Source: Macrostomum lignano
Taxonomy: Eukaryota
NCBI GenBank assembly: GCA_002269645.1
Contig: NIVC01001921.1
Location: forward strand, 157,433 to 221,432
DNA: 64,000 nt
Direction: 5' to 3'
Positions within the stretch are counted from its first letter, which is position 1. Every line of letters begins with the position of its first letter. The notes under the pieces are model-generated. The model searched no databases and was not told the origin of the DNA. It worked only from the letters and a program-made list of their open reading frames with translations. Below, piece by piece: positions 1 to 10,667 of this stretch. The position numbers were made by a program, and so were the translations under genes.

Positions 1-79
1 AAGTGAGAAAGGTTTGGCGAACCTATTTTCCAGCAGTGGATGCGATCATTTTTATTGTTGACGCCTCTGACCATCAAAG
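1..79 (+). CDS. SAR1: SAR1 small GTPase (COPII), internal exon, truncated by the window start
   Basis: From position 3 it reads VRKVWRTYFPAVDAIIFIVDASDHQR, matching the Sar1 ARRVWKNY..IVFLVD segment. GT donor at 80; the 113-bp intron 80-192 ends in CCAAAAG. Confidence 0.9.
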
Positions 80-192
80 GTGCGTACATGTTTATGGACA
101 ACCGTGTGTACAACGGTTAAAGCTAATAAAATCGCGAATGTAAAGTAATAATTTTCTTTTGAAAAACCACCGAATCGCACCAATTCCAAAAG

Positions 193-487
193 GTTCTCCG
201 AGGCGCGCGCCGAGCTCGACTCGCTATTGTCCGACATCTCGATCCCAGCTGACGCGCCGCTGCTGCTGCTGGGCAATAAGATCGACCGGCCGACAGCAGC
301 GTCAGAGGAGGATCTGCGTCGCTGGCTTGGCGTGCAGCACCGGACAACTGGGAAGCAGCTGGCTCAGGCTGGCGCCGCTGCGGGCATCGAGTTCCAGTCT
401 AGGCCAATGGAACTGTTTATGTGCTCCGTTCTGCAGCAACAGGGTTACGGGGAAGCGTTTCGATGGCTGACCAGTCACATGCGCTAA
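193..487 (+). CDS. SAR1: SAR1 small GTPase, last exon
   Basis: Splices in frame (AG|G = Arg) to FSEARAELDSLLSD..PLLLLGNKIDRP..TTGK..RPMELFMCSVLQQQGYGEAFRWL. Contains the G4 NKID motif and the Sar1-type C-terminus. Stop TAA at 485-487. Confidence 0.93.
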
Positions 488-842
488 TCCAGAGACGAAG
501 GCGACTAATCCATAGTGACCTACATGTAATATGCTCCATGCGTATGCACGTTTTATTTGAGATCCTTTTAGTTGCTAACGAAGCTGTTGTAGTGCCCCAA
601 AATGCACATACATGTAATTTGTAATTTGCTAGCTTGTAAACGAGAGGCGTCTATAAATTAATAATGGTACTTCAGTAGTAATCAGTAGCATTTAGACTCA
701 ATTGTAATTTAGAATCTGCAAATTTTGTAGTACACCTAAGCAAGAACCTAAGAAAAACAAATTACAGGCCTAAAATTTGCATTGCGGGCGTTTGGATGAT
801 GCAGAACGTAGAAATGACACAATCGGATATATCGTCTAAAAA

Positions 843-2470
843 TTGCTATCTGGGGGGATGCTTGCTATCTGGGGGGATGCTTGCTATCTGGGGGATGCTT
901 GCTATTTGGGGGATGCTTGCTATCTGGGGGATGCTTGCTATCTGGGGGATGCTTGTTATCTGGGGGATGCTTGCTATCTGGGGGATGCTTGCTATCTGGG
1001 GGGATGCTTGCTATCTGGGGGGATGCTTGCTATCTGGGAGGATGCTTGCTATCTGGGGGATGCTTTGTTATCTGGGGGATGCTTGCTATCTGGGGGGATG
1101 CTTGTTATCTGGGGGGATGCTTGCTATCTGGGGGATGCTTGCTATCTGGGAGGATGCTTACTATCTGGGGGGATGCTTGCTATCTGGGGGGATGCTTGCT
1201 ATCTGGGGGGATGCTTACTATCTGGGGGATGCTTGCTATCTGGGGGATGCTTGCTATCTGGGGGGATGCTTGCTATCTGGGGGATGCTTGCTATCTGGGG
1301 GGATGCTTGCTATCTGGGGGATGCTTGCTATCTGGGGGATGCTTGCTATTTGGGGGGATGCTTGCTATTTGGGTGGATGCTTGCTATCTGGGGGATGCTT
1401 GCTATCTGGGGGGATGCTTGTTATCTGGGGGATGCTTGCTATCTGGGGGGGATGCTTGCTATCTGGGGGATGCTTGTTATCTGGGGGATGCTTGCTATCT
1501 GGGGGGGATGCTTGCTATCTGGGGGGATGCTTGCTATCTGGGGGGATGCTTGCTATCTGGGAGGATGCTTGCTATCTGGGGGATGCTTGTTATCTGGGGG
1601 ATGCTTGCTATCTGGGGGATGCTTGCTATCTGGGGGATGCTTGCTATCTGGGGGATGCTTGCTATCTGGGGGATGCTTGCTATCTGGGGGATGCTTGCTA
1701 TCTGGGGGATGCTTGCTATCTGGGGGGATGCTTGCTATCTGGGGGGGTGCTTGCTATCTGGGGGATGCTTGCTATCTGGGGGGGGGTGCTTGCTATCTGG
1801 GGGGATGCTTACTATCTGGGGGATGCTTACTATCTGGGGGGATGCTTGCTATCTGGCGGGATGCTTGCTATCTGGAAGGATGCTTGCTATCTGGGGGGAT
1901 GCTTGCTATGTGGGGGATGCTTGCTATCTGGGAGGATGCTTGCTATCTGGCGGGATGCTTGCTATCTGGGGGGATGCTTGCTATCTGGGGGATGCTTGCT
2001 ATCTGGCGGAATGCTTGCTATCTGGGGGGATGCTTGTTATCTGGGGGGGGGGGTGCTTGCTATCTGGGGGGATGCTTGCTATCTGGGAGGATGCTTGCTA
2101 TCTGGGGATGCTTGCTATCTGGGGGATGCTTGCTATGTGGGGGATGCTTGCTATCTGGGAGGATGCTTGCTATCTGGGAGGATGCTTGCTATGTGGGGGA
2201 TGCTTGCTATGTGGGGGATGCTTGCTATCTGGGGGGATGCTTGCTATGTGGGGGATGCTTGCTATCTGGGGGGATGCTTGCTATCTGGGAGGATGCTTGC
2301 TATCTGGGAGGATGCTTGCTATCTGGGGGGATGCTTGCTATCTGGGAGGATGCTTGCTATCTGGGGGATGCTTGCTATCTGGGGGGATGCTTGCTATGTG
2401 GGAGGATGCTTGCTATGTGGGGGATGCTTGCTATCTGGGGGATGCTTGCTATCTGGGGGGATGCTTGCTC
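843..2470. repeat. G-rich minisatellite, unit GGGGG(G)ATGCTTGCTATCT(G), 19-21 bp, about 80 copies
   Basis: Direct tandem repetition; the G-run length varies; the array decays into unique sequence around 2470-2510. Confidence 0.97.
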
Positions 2471-2741
2471 TCTTTGGGATGTTTTCTATTTAGGGGGAAT
2501 GTCTGTTATCTTCGTGAAACATTATGTTATTGTCTTTCTGTTGTTTAGAAAAAAAGAAAGAACAGGGACTACTCAAACATGTTTGAGTAGTCTTTGAGAA
2601 AGAGATTCATAGTAAACATCTTTGTCCGTGACAATTGTACTCGAACAAGGTGATTTATAATACTGAAGAAGGAATTGGTTCTTAAGAAAATGAGCTTTTT
2701 TAATTGTTTTCCATGAATAAGTTTTGCTCCTTGCTTATTGC

Positions 2742-2772
2742 GCGCCCCGAAGGGGGGCACTAGATTGCTAGT
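2742..2772 (+). mobile_element. Helitron-like 3' terminus (GC-rich hairpin, then CTAG|T)
   Basis: GCGCCCC-gaagg-GGGGCAC stem (one mismatch) ends at 2760. CTAG at 2768-2771 is followed by T, so the hairpin ends 11 nt before the putative terminus. Confidence 0.4.
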
Positions 2773-3399
2773 CAAGTACAAAAAACAAATGACACGAAAA
2801 ATCCCCTCAAAAATATGATCTATTCTACGAGCTAGATATACAATTCGAAAACATTTCTAAGCTCTCCGTTTGATTCTGTATATTGACAGCGCTGCCTCGA
2901 TGCAGTCAGAAAGTGCTGAGAGTAGCGCGCGGGCTTTTGCGGCATGCGTTGTCAGGTAAATTGCGTCATACATGCGGCTTGCAAAATAAGCATTGGGGGA
3001 GCATGTTTCGAATTTGGCGCAAATTTCTTAACTTTTACGTTAGTAAAAAAATTAAGTACGTAATGCAGTTTAAATCACATAAAAAAACGTACATACATCG
3101 TTATGCAAAGACGCATAATTATGGCTTTAAATGTGGTGCAAGAGCCTTTTATACTGAAATTTACCTGATTTACCTGAATTTACCTGAAATTTACTCGTAC
3201 ACTAACATTAGAATTATGAAATTAATAAAGCTATTGACAGTTTTAGGGCAAAAGTAAAAAAAGCAATTTATTTTTTGGATCAATGATGTTTTTTGCCCAG
3301 TTTATTTTTTCATGAAAAAGAAACAGTAGAGTATAAACATTGCATACGAGCTATTTAAGCTTACATTTTTAGCAATACAGCTTTCTTTCAAGGCGGGAC

Positions 3400-4420
3400 T
3401 CAATTCCTAATTTGCTGGCCTCCGCCATGCGTTGATAAGCTTGGTGGAGCTGTTTGGAGGCATTCTAGCCGGAGGTCGCTTGCGATGTCGGCAGCGCCAG
3501 TGGAGGCGGAGACGACGGCGCCGTCAAGATCATTAATGCTGTTGTTGTACGGCTGGTCCACGAAGCCCTTTAAGTCATCGGAGCTCACGATAACTCAAGT
3601 AGCGGAGTTTGTTAGACGGTGTCAGGCAAAACGGCTCCAGGCAGGACGGCTCCAGGCAGGACGGCTCCAGGCAGGACGGCTCCAGGCAGGACGGCTCTAG
3701 GCACGGCGGCTCCAGGCAGGACGGCTCCAGGCACGGCGGCGCCAGCGCCAGGCAGGACGGCTCTAGGCACGGCGGCTCCAGGCAGGACGGCTCTAGGCAT
3801 GGCGGCTCCAGGCAGGACGGCTCCAGGCACGGCGGCGCCAGCGCCAGGCAGGACAGCAGCAGCCGGCCTCTTTGACTTCTTTGCTGCCGATGTCAAAGGT
3901 GCTTTTCTTCTCTGTCATCGGCACGGGGGAGAAGCCCTAGAAGCGGCAGCTGCGGCAGTTGCTGATTGGCCCGCAACCGACACTGAGTCGCTGTCAGCAG
4001 ACGGTGGATTCTGTATTGCTTTCAGCATGCGGTCCCAGGTCGCATTAAACAGTTTTTTAACAGGCTTCATTTAACAGTCCACTTAAATTGCTGAGGAATC
4101 TAATTTTCATTTCAAAATATTGATTACTTTTCATTTCAGGAGTCTTCTGTGCCAATTATTTAGCAAATTTAGCAACTTTACCTGATAATATTGGCGCTGC
4201 ACACCTTCGATGTGGTTTTGGTGGGCTGCACCATGAGCCGCTGAGACTGCGGCGAATATCGTTCTTGATATTGATAGAAAAGTATATCAAAGGAGCCGTA
4301 GCGAAACACGAGCGCCAGGTCGTCGTCCTTCGGGCGCTTGGCGAATCTCTGGGCCAGCATCTCAGCAGATGCTGGCCCAAGCCGACCAGCGCTTCGAACT
4401 GGATTTGTGATTTTACGCCT
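3400..4420 (-). pseudogene. Decayed spliced gene fragment, unknown product
   Basis: An exon reading AKRPKDDDLALVFRYGSFDILFYQYQERY..SANII ends at a GTAAAG donor (~4181). After the acceptor near 4091 comes [42 protein letters not shown] plus an in-frame 15-bp repeat. Internal TGA, frameshifts and stops throughout. Confidence 0.4.
3623..3855. repeat. 15-bp (with 21-bp variants) GC-rich repeat GGCTCCAGGCAGGAC, frame-preserving
   Basis: All unit lengths are multiples of 3. It lies within the decayed minus-strand frame (AVLPG/AVPRA repeats). Confidence 0.9.
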
Positions 4421-4604
4421 TCAGCGGCTCATTGGGTGCTTTGAGTCAGCGCCGGGCGTCGGAGATGAGGCAGGACGAGGCCACGCCTTTCCGGTTGGCA
4501 TTGCCGTCTCCAAAACAAATAACCATGCCAACGGCACCGTCCTGTGCAGATGCGAATTAGAGATGGTTATTTTTCTGAGCTTTCTCAGAATTCTGAAATT
4601 TCAG

Positions 4605-4953
4605 AGACGAAGAAGATTCAGGAGTTTCTTCGTTCGACATCAGCTTCGCCGAGATGGACAAAGTCCTCGCTGACATCGAGAAACAAGCGGAGGAGATCAA
4701 CAAGGATAAGATGGACGATCCGATGAATACAGAATCGGAGCAGTTTCAAAATCAAATTCTAGGCCCTAGAAAGCCTAAATAGAGCAATGTCGAAGGAAAG
4801 CTTTTGAAACTGAGCACCAGCCACAGCTGTGACTCAAAGGTAATCAAGCGGCTCAAGAAAGAAGTGCGCGAGGACGAGCAGAATGTGCAAAATCTGCGTC
4901 GCGATCTTAGTAGCGAAAGGTCTAAAGAGAGAGACCGCGAACCGTTTATATAA
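4605..4953 (+). pseudogene. Exon-like fragment with one in-frame TAG
   Basis: Acceptor TTTCAG at 4604, then DEEDSGVSSFDISFAEMDKVLADIEKQAEEINKDKM..GPRKPK*(4780)SNVEGKLLK..VIKRLKKEVREDEQNVQNLRRDL..EPFI*. Coiled-coil-like composition on both sides of the stop. Confidence 0.35.
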
Positions 4954-5543
4954 CCAGAGGTATATGGTTAAGCCATGGCTTAAAGGGAGGCTTTGATGCC
5001 AAGGCTTAAAAAAGGGGCCGTGCTGATAAGGGTAACAATTGATCAGAAAGGGTCAAAACCTACATGCGGTTTATCCACAAACATTTATTCACGTCTGTTG
5101 CTTTCTTGCTATCTAGTTTTTCTGAACTAAATCCATTTTACAAATGAATACAACCTGCACAACTAATCAAGGACCACTAGGAGCACTTTGTTCCTTGTCT
5201 AGTCTAGTAGTCCTTGCAACTAATGCGCCTGATAATGCACTACTTTTCACACCTCGTACAAGAGCTACTTGTTAGATGCTTTGAATCTGATAAACTTGCA
5301 ATCTGATAAGATTGGTTTAAAGATTTTTCGTGTTTATGAGCGTGTTTCATGCTCCAATAAGTCTCAAGCTTGTGGGTGCGAATATTGATTTCGTGTCGTG
5401 TAAAACGAAGGGAAGTGACAGGCTATTTTTATATGCTATGCAATACAGTCGAGTATATTTGCAGTTGCTTTAAAAACAAATTAACGCACGCACAGCAGGG
5501 ATTTTGAGTGACTAAAACAAAAAATCATAATATTGCTTTTAGT

Positions 5544-6393
5544 TTAGTAACAAGACCAAATACAGGCAGCGTAAAGAACCGAGTCCTTAAAGGGTGATGA
5601 GAACTGACCAGATAAGATTCCGGGAGAAGATTCAGAGGCCGAGAGAGCGGAGGGGAAGATCAGATCGCATATTGATAGGAGATTTTCAAGTTTACATGTT
5701 CCATGAATGTTTGTTATTGTGTTCACAAGAAGTAATCAAGTCAAGCATATTTACTTGAAGTAATTGCACTTCAGTTAGATATAGAAACTCGAACAATGTC
5801 TTCAACAGTGATCGCCTTTGGCTGAGTTCCAAATCGACTCAGTAGTTTAGCGGAAGCCGCCAGTGTTGCCAGAGTTGGTCTCGACGGAGGCTGAGGATGG
5901 GGCTGAGGCTGATGGTGCACCCCTGCGCCCTCTCTGGCATTACTAGCCGGTTTTTCCGAGATGAAGCTGACTTCGGTTACGCGGCTATCATTGTGATCAA
6001 AGTTCTGCTGGTTGCTCTCATAGTCCACGTCGTCATCGATGGCGGCGCTCTCCAAGTCTGTGTTCGGCTTGGCCATGCTTGGTTGTGGCTTGGTGCTGGT
6101 GGACTTGGTTGTTCTGGTTCAAATTCCGATAAAATGCTGGATAAGTTACCCCGCTCGATATCAGACTAGCCTATAGAGGTCGGTCGATTCTTTCCTTCAA
6201 GGCCAATCGATATTAACAGGGGTGGGTGAACTAAAACGTGTACATTCTTGCAATGTACATCAAACGCACTAACCTTGGCTGTGAAAAGCGGCCTGTCCAA
6301 CCGCCAAATTAGTTCAGTAGCTTGCTTAACCCGACTGACACGACGCCACCCCCCTACCCCACCGAGAACGTACATGCAGAACTTGGTGTACAT
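5544..6393 (-). pseudogene. Decayed coding-like fragments (low-complexity, acidic/Pro-Gln)
   Basis: Protein-like segments SDIERGNLSSILSEFEPEQPSPPAPS and MAKPNTDLESAAIDDDVDYESNQQNFD..ISN lie in different frames, separated by a stop and a frameshift. Confidence 0.3.
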
Positions 6394-6838
6394 AGTCTGC
6401 GGTAAGGATTAATTTCCCTCAGAGCTATAAATAGAATCATTCACTTCAGTTGAACAACCCTTGGCCTTGGCCTTGAGCCTTTGAGTACCTGATTGCAGCG
6501 CATGGGCATTTTGGCGGACGGCGTCCGGCGCGGATCTAATACGGCGCGGCGCGGCGCGTACGGCGCGCGGCGATTAGTACGGCGCGGCGCGGTACTAATT
6601 AGATGCCGAGGCATTTAGGCTTGATAAGACAGTCATAGTTACTCCTGCCGTTTACCCAAAACTGCGTTAATTTTGCTTTAGAGTTTCTTTCATAGGTAAG
6701 TCATTTCACAGCGTGGCGCAGGTTGTGTAGGCGTCTGGCGTACTTAAGCCATGCGCTGCAATAGGGTTTGAGTAAAGACCACTAGCAATCAGTGGTCTAG
6801 CAACCACTAGCACTAGCCCCAGTAATATTACATTAGAT

Positions 6839-6975
6839 TCAGCAACATTGAAAACCACCGCCCTAGACCCAGTGCACCTGAGTGAGAGTTGAAAACCTTC
6901 TGTCATATGCAGTTTAGTGAGCTGAAGTCGATCGCTCTGCCAATGCTCTAGGGTGTTGGTTTTCAATGTTGCTGA
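6839..6975. mobile_element. Small element with 29-bp terminal inverted repeats (MITE-like)
   Basis: TCAGCAACATTGAAAACCACCGCCCTAGA (6839-6867) matches the reverse complement of 6947-6975 at 27/29. No target-site duplication seen. Confidence 0.5.
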
Positions 6976-7514
6976 GTACGCTCGCATGTATGCCAAAATC
7001 TTTTAAAAGATTTGAATAATAAATTTACTACTGCTTGTTTATTTTTTGAGAAAACAAGGAACTATTATTCTCTTCAAAAACCATAAAGACAAGATAAAGG
7101 AAAATCGCAGAGGAGCAACCAAAAAACGCGCACCCAAAATGGCTTGAATTCACTTTCAATCGCAGCATTATTACGATTTGTACTTCGAGTAAAAAAGTAA
7201 AAATGCAAATTACACAAAGCTGCAGTTTGACATGTCACGCTTGCTACTTGTTGTGAGTAGTGCAATATGGAAGGACAATTGAAGCGCTAGCTTATTACAG
7301 ATACACAGAAAAATTTTACGGAGCACAATACTAAACAGACTACTAAAAGTATCAGTATATTCTGCGTGCATAATTTGATTTTTAAAGCAGATTTTAATTC
7401 AATTAAAAATACCAGTCACGGGTCTCAAATTCGATTAAACTCCTTCATTGAATTGATATAGGGATGGCGATTTTTCGAAAATAATTATTATAGCTCCTAT
7501 CGAGGACCGACAAT

Positions 7515-7570
7515 TGCCTAGGGGATCGAACCAGGCATGCCAAAGTCGAGAAGCTCACTGTCTCATAGAA
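7515..7570 (-). other. tRNA-derived fragment or SINE head with a Pol III B-box
   Basis: The minus strand reads ..GAGACAGTGAGCTTCTCGACTTTGGCATGCCTGGTTCGATCCCCTAGG. GGTTCGATCCC is a canonical B-box/T-loop, but the A-box is weak and I could not fold a full cloverleaf. Confidence 0.3.
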
Positions 7571-7821
7571 GTTTTTGCATGATTAAAAATGCTAATTTCT
7601 GCTCCAGCAGAAAGAGTTAAAATGAGTTGGTTGACTTTGCGGCAAAATAATTTTTTTCTCAAGCCGATAGCATTTCTTCTTGCAGAAAATTTTTCAGAGA
7701 GAAAAAGCTTGAATTTGCTTTCAACACCGTGAGTATAACATCTTTTATTGTTTCTCCTGTCGGCTGCCCTTGCCCTGCCTCCCTCGCTACTGTCCATGAC
7801 TGAATCGGTGGACCTACTCTG

Positions 7822-8133
7822 GCCTCATTTGCCCAGCGTATAGATTGCAGTTGTCTATGGCCCAATCGATGGTGACCTCCTCTAGCCTCATTTGCCTGCA
7901 GTGTATACATTGCAGTTGTCTATGGCCCAATCGATGGTGACCTTCTCTAGCCTCATTTGCCCAGTGTATACATTGCAGTTGTCAATGGCCCAATCGATGG
8001 TGACCTCCTCTAGCCTCATTTGCCCAGTGTATACATTGCAGTTGTCTATGGCCTAATCGATGGTGACCTCCTCTAGCCTCATTTGCCCATTGTATACATT
8101 GCAGTTGTCTATGGCTCAATCGATGGTGACCTT
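7822..8133. repeat. 63-bp tandem repeat, about 5 copies, just downstream of the TTLL10 stop
   Basis: Unit GCCTCATTTGCCCAGTGTATACATTGCAGTTGTCTATGGCCCAATCGATGGTGACCTCCTCTA, with few substitutions and no spacers. Confidence 0.95.
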
Positions 8134-8196
8134 CCCCGTCCTTGGCTTTGCCCCGGCTTGACAGTTCAAGAATGATCTAGCACAGAAAGTGAATAA

Positions 8197-8739
8197 TCAA
8201 AATTTGCCAATAGATTTGACAACAGCTGCCTGACTGGCACTGCTTGGCTTGGTCTGTGACAGTGACAGACTACTTTTTGCTTTCTGCAGCCTGACCGCTA
8301 CCGCGCCACGCTGCTGGCGCTGTGGCAAGGTCTGTTGCGTCTGTTGCTTCTGCAGCTGTTGGGGTTGACTGTTCGACGAGCTAGCAGTTGATGGCCGACT
8401 CAGATGCAGATTCTCCGAGGATTTCGCGCTGGAGATTCCTGAATTTGCGTGCAGATTCAGTGCCGGCATGCTCCTAGTCCGGCTGCTCAGCTGCCCAGCC
8501 TTCTGCTGCCGCTCGACCAGGGTCGGCCTCGGTTGTCTGGGACGCGAGCTGCTGTCGTAGATCAGCTGGAACTCCTTTTGCTGTCCGGACAGTGGCAGAA
8601 CTGGCTGACGGCGGAACACGCGGTCGAAAGCCTCGGTGGCGATGGCCAGGGCTTCGTGGACAACGCCAGGTATGATGGCTTCCTGGGTGGAGTTGTACAG
8701 GCCCAAGGCCGGAGTGGAGTTCAACTCCAGGAGCCACAC
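8197..8739 (-). CDS. TTLL10: TTLL10-like tubulin glycylase, exon 3 (end of TTL domain plus disordered tail)
   Basis: Acceptor TCCATCCAG (8740). Begins VWLLELNSTPALGLYNSTQEAIIPGVVHEAL, continuing the GCDFLVEESGK| of exon 2 (TTL motif xWLLExNxxP). Stop TGA at 8197-8199. Confidence 0.88.
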   Translation of the reverse strand: MWLLELNSTPALGLYNSTQEAIIPGVVHEALAIATEAFDRVFRRQPVLPLSGQQKEFQLIYDSSSRPRQPRPTLVERQQKAGQLSSRTRSMPALNLHANSGISSAKSSENLHLSRPSTASSSNSQPQQLQKQQTQQTLPQRQQRGAVAVRLQKAKSSLSLSQTKPSSASQAAVVKSIGKF

Positions 8740-8954
8740 CTGGATGGAGAGAAGCGATTGGAAGGCTTTTCAATGCTGGGTGGGCCGCATTTGTACAGTT
8801 GATGAGAATCTGCTACCTTCTATTCTTATATTCGTGCCCGTTTTGCTGACCCTTGGGCACACATGCGAGCAGATGGACACGTACGCGGGTACACGCTAAC
8901 ATCATGTGTATGGTACAGTAGGCCCTGACTTTTCCATTACCTTCAGGCTACCGG

Positions 8955-9560
8955 ACATTCCCCTTGTCATTTCCCCTCCGGCATGCGTTTCCCCTTTCCC
9001 CTTTCCCTTTCCCCTTCGGCGGCGCTTCCTCTTGGGACATTTCCCCTCCGGGATTTTTCCTCCGCCGTTTCCCCTCCGGCGTTTCCCTTCGAAATGAAAA
9101 TTGACATGAAAGTGGAAGTGGCCGGGCACCTCCAGCCAGGCGTGCTGGTAGGCAGCTGCCAACCGCCGGAACCGCTGGTCGCACGCCTTCCATATCCTGC
9201 GCTGGGCGGTTGGCTCTGCACCAGTTTTCGGACCGTTGATCGGCATGGTGATCAAACTAGAAGCGCCGGAGAGAAAACAGTGGAAGGGAATGTTGGAGGG
9301 GAAACGGCGGAAGGGAAACGGCGGAGGGGAATTGCCGGAGGGGAAGTGCCGGAGTGGCAATCTACTACTGTCCGGAGTGGAAGTGCCGGAGTGGCAATCT
9401 ACTACTGTCCGGAGTGGAAGTGCCGGAGTGGCAATCTACTACTGTCCGGAGTGGAAGTGCCGGAGTGGCAATCTACTACTGTCCGGAGGGGAAGTGCCGG
9501 AGGGAATCTGTCCTCAAGGGGAAACACCGGAGGGGAAATGACGGAATGACGGAGGGGACG
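8955..9560. mobile_element. Fold-back (long imperfect TIR) element in TTLL10 intron 2
   Basis: The left arm is built of TTTCCCCTCCGG/TTTCCCCT motifs (8955-9095). The right arm has the complements GGAGGGGAAA/AGGGGAAAC (9285-9560). Example: CATTTCCCCTCCGG at ~8968 versus CCGGAGGGGAAATG at ~9527. Confidence 0.55.
9342..9500. repeat. 37-bp tandem repeat x4.3 inside the fold-back right arm
   Basis: GGAAGTGCCGGAGTGGCAATCTACTACTGTCCGGAGT starts at 9342, 9379, 9416, 9453 and 9490. Confidence 0.95.
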
Positions 9561-9727
9561 TGAATGACTCGACAAGCGCGAGGCTAATTTGCGTGCCGGG
9601 ACTCCAAAACTATTGTGAATCCGGGTACTCTGACGCAAGAGTCATACACGGTACGGTGCGATAACAAGCAATCCAGGGATTAAAGAAGACAAGATCTGAG
9701 CAAGAAGTATGCAGCAGGTGGATGCAC

Positions 9728-10667
9728 CTTGCCGGATTCCTCCACCAGAAAATCGCAGCCGAACAGCTCAAAGCAGCCGCAGGCGGTGGCCAGCTTTGGT
9801 CGAGTCGCCGCGACAAGGTGCGCCAGCGCCTGACGGATGCTGACCTGCATCCCGGAGATGGCGAAGTCCTTGTCCAGTCCTAACTGTTCGCAGTGCTCGT
9901 TGATGTGGCAATTCAGCCTGTCGATTGACCAGATTGTCTCCTCCCGGGCCGCATCGTAGGTGGAGTCCTTCTGCTGCACGGCTTGATTGGTCAGGTGCAA
10001 GCAGAGATCGTCGCTTTTCAGGTCGAAGTCGCGGCAGGTGAGTCGGGCGTAGCCGGGGTGGTAGAAGGCCAGGCAGTTGAGGTTTAGCGTGGCCAGCACC
10101 AGCAGGTAGACGCGCAGGTCGAATTTCTTACCGGCCAGCAGCAGCGGCCGCTCGATGTACTTTTGAATGACCCAGTCGCGTCGCGGCTCGCCGTTCGTGC
10201 GCTCGTCGTTGAACAGATTACGGAAGTCAAGCTCGGCGCGCACCAGCTTGATGCCTTCGCCTCGGTTCAGCGTTGCGGGCTTGCAGATCCACAGGCTGCC
10301 GGACTCCGAGCTCATCCGGCGAAGGAACTGCAGCCTCTGCATCGCGGTGCGCAACACAAAGGTCGCCGGCAGGACGGCGTCGGCCGTTAGGCGGGGATGA
10401 TCGCGGCAGCGGCACTGCGGCGCAGCGTCCTGAGCTCTGAGAGTCTCCGGTAGGAGCAGCTTGTTGGTCAGGCAGCGGGTGCCGGGCAGGCGGCTGATGA
10501 TGTGCTGCCCGGGCCGCATCTTGCGGATGAACAGGTCGGCCTGGCAGCCGTTGCACCAGATCAGAGTGAGCGGCGGCGCCGCCTTCGGCTGCTGCGTCTG
10601 CGGCGACGAGAGAATGGCCGAGTCGGCCGCCTCTGGCCAGTTTAAGCGCCGCATCACCTCGCGGATT
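9728..10667 (-). CDS. TTLL10: TTLL10-like tubulin glycylase, exon 2 (TTL catalytic domain)
   Basis: WICKPATLNRGEGIKL, VIQKYIERPLLLAGKKFDLRVYLLV, GYARLT, HLTNQAVQQK, TIWSIDRLN, FELFGCDFLVEESGK. The HLTNQ..QKK and GYARLT pattern is TTLL10-like. Acceptor CTGCAG at 10668; donor GTGCAT at 9727. Confidence 0.9.

Noticed and set aside
796-2597. 555-584 aa ORFs in all three + frames (GGCLLS/GMLAIW/DACYL)
   Set aside because: These are translations of a stop-free 19-21-bp minisatellite. Being open in every frame argues against coding.
6420-6455. TATAAATA plus an Inr-like TCAGTT
   Set aside because: The spacing (~20 nt) is short for TATA-Inr and there is no downstream + strand gene or LTR partner.
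7822-8133. CRISPR-like appearance of the 63-bp, 37-bp, 40-bp and 80-bp repeats
   Set aside because: The units are contiguous with no unique spacers, there are no cas genes, and the context is eukaryotic.
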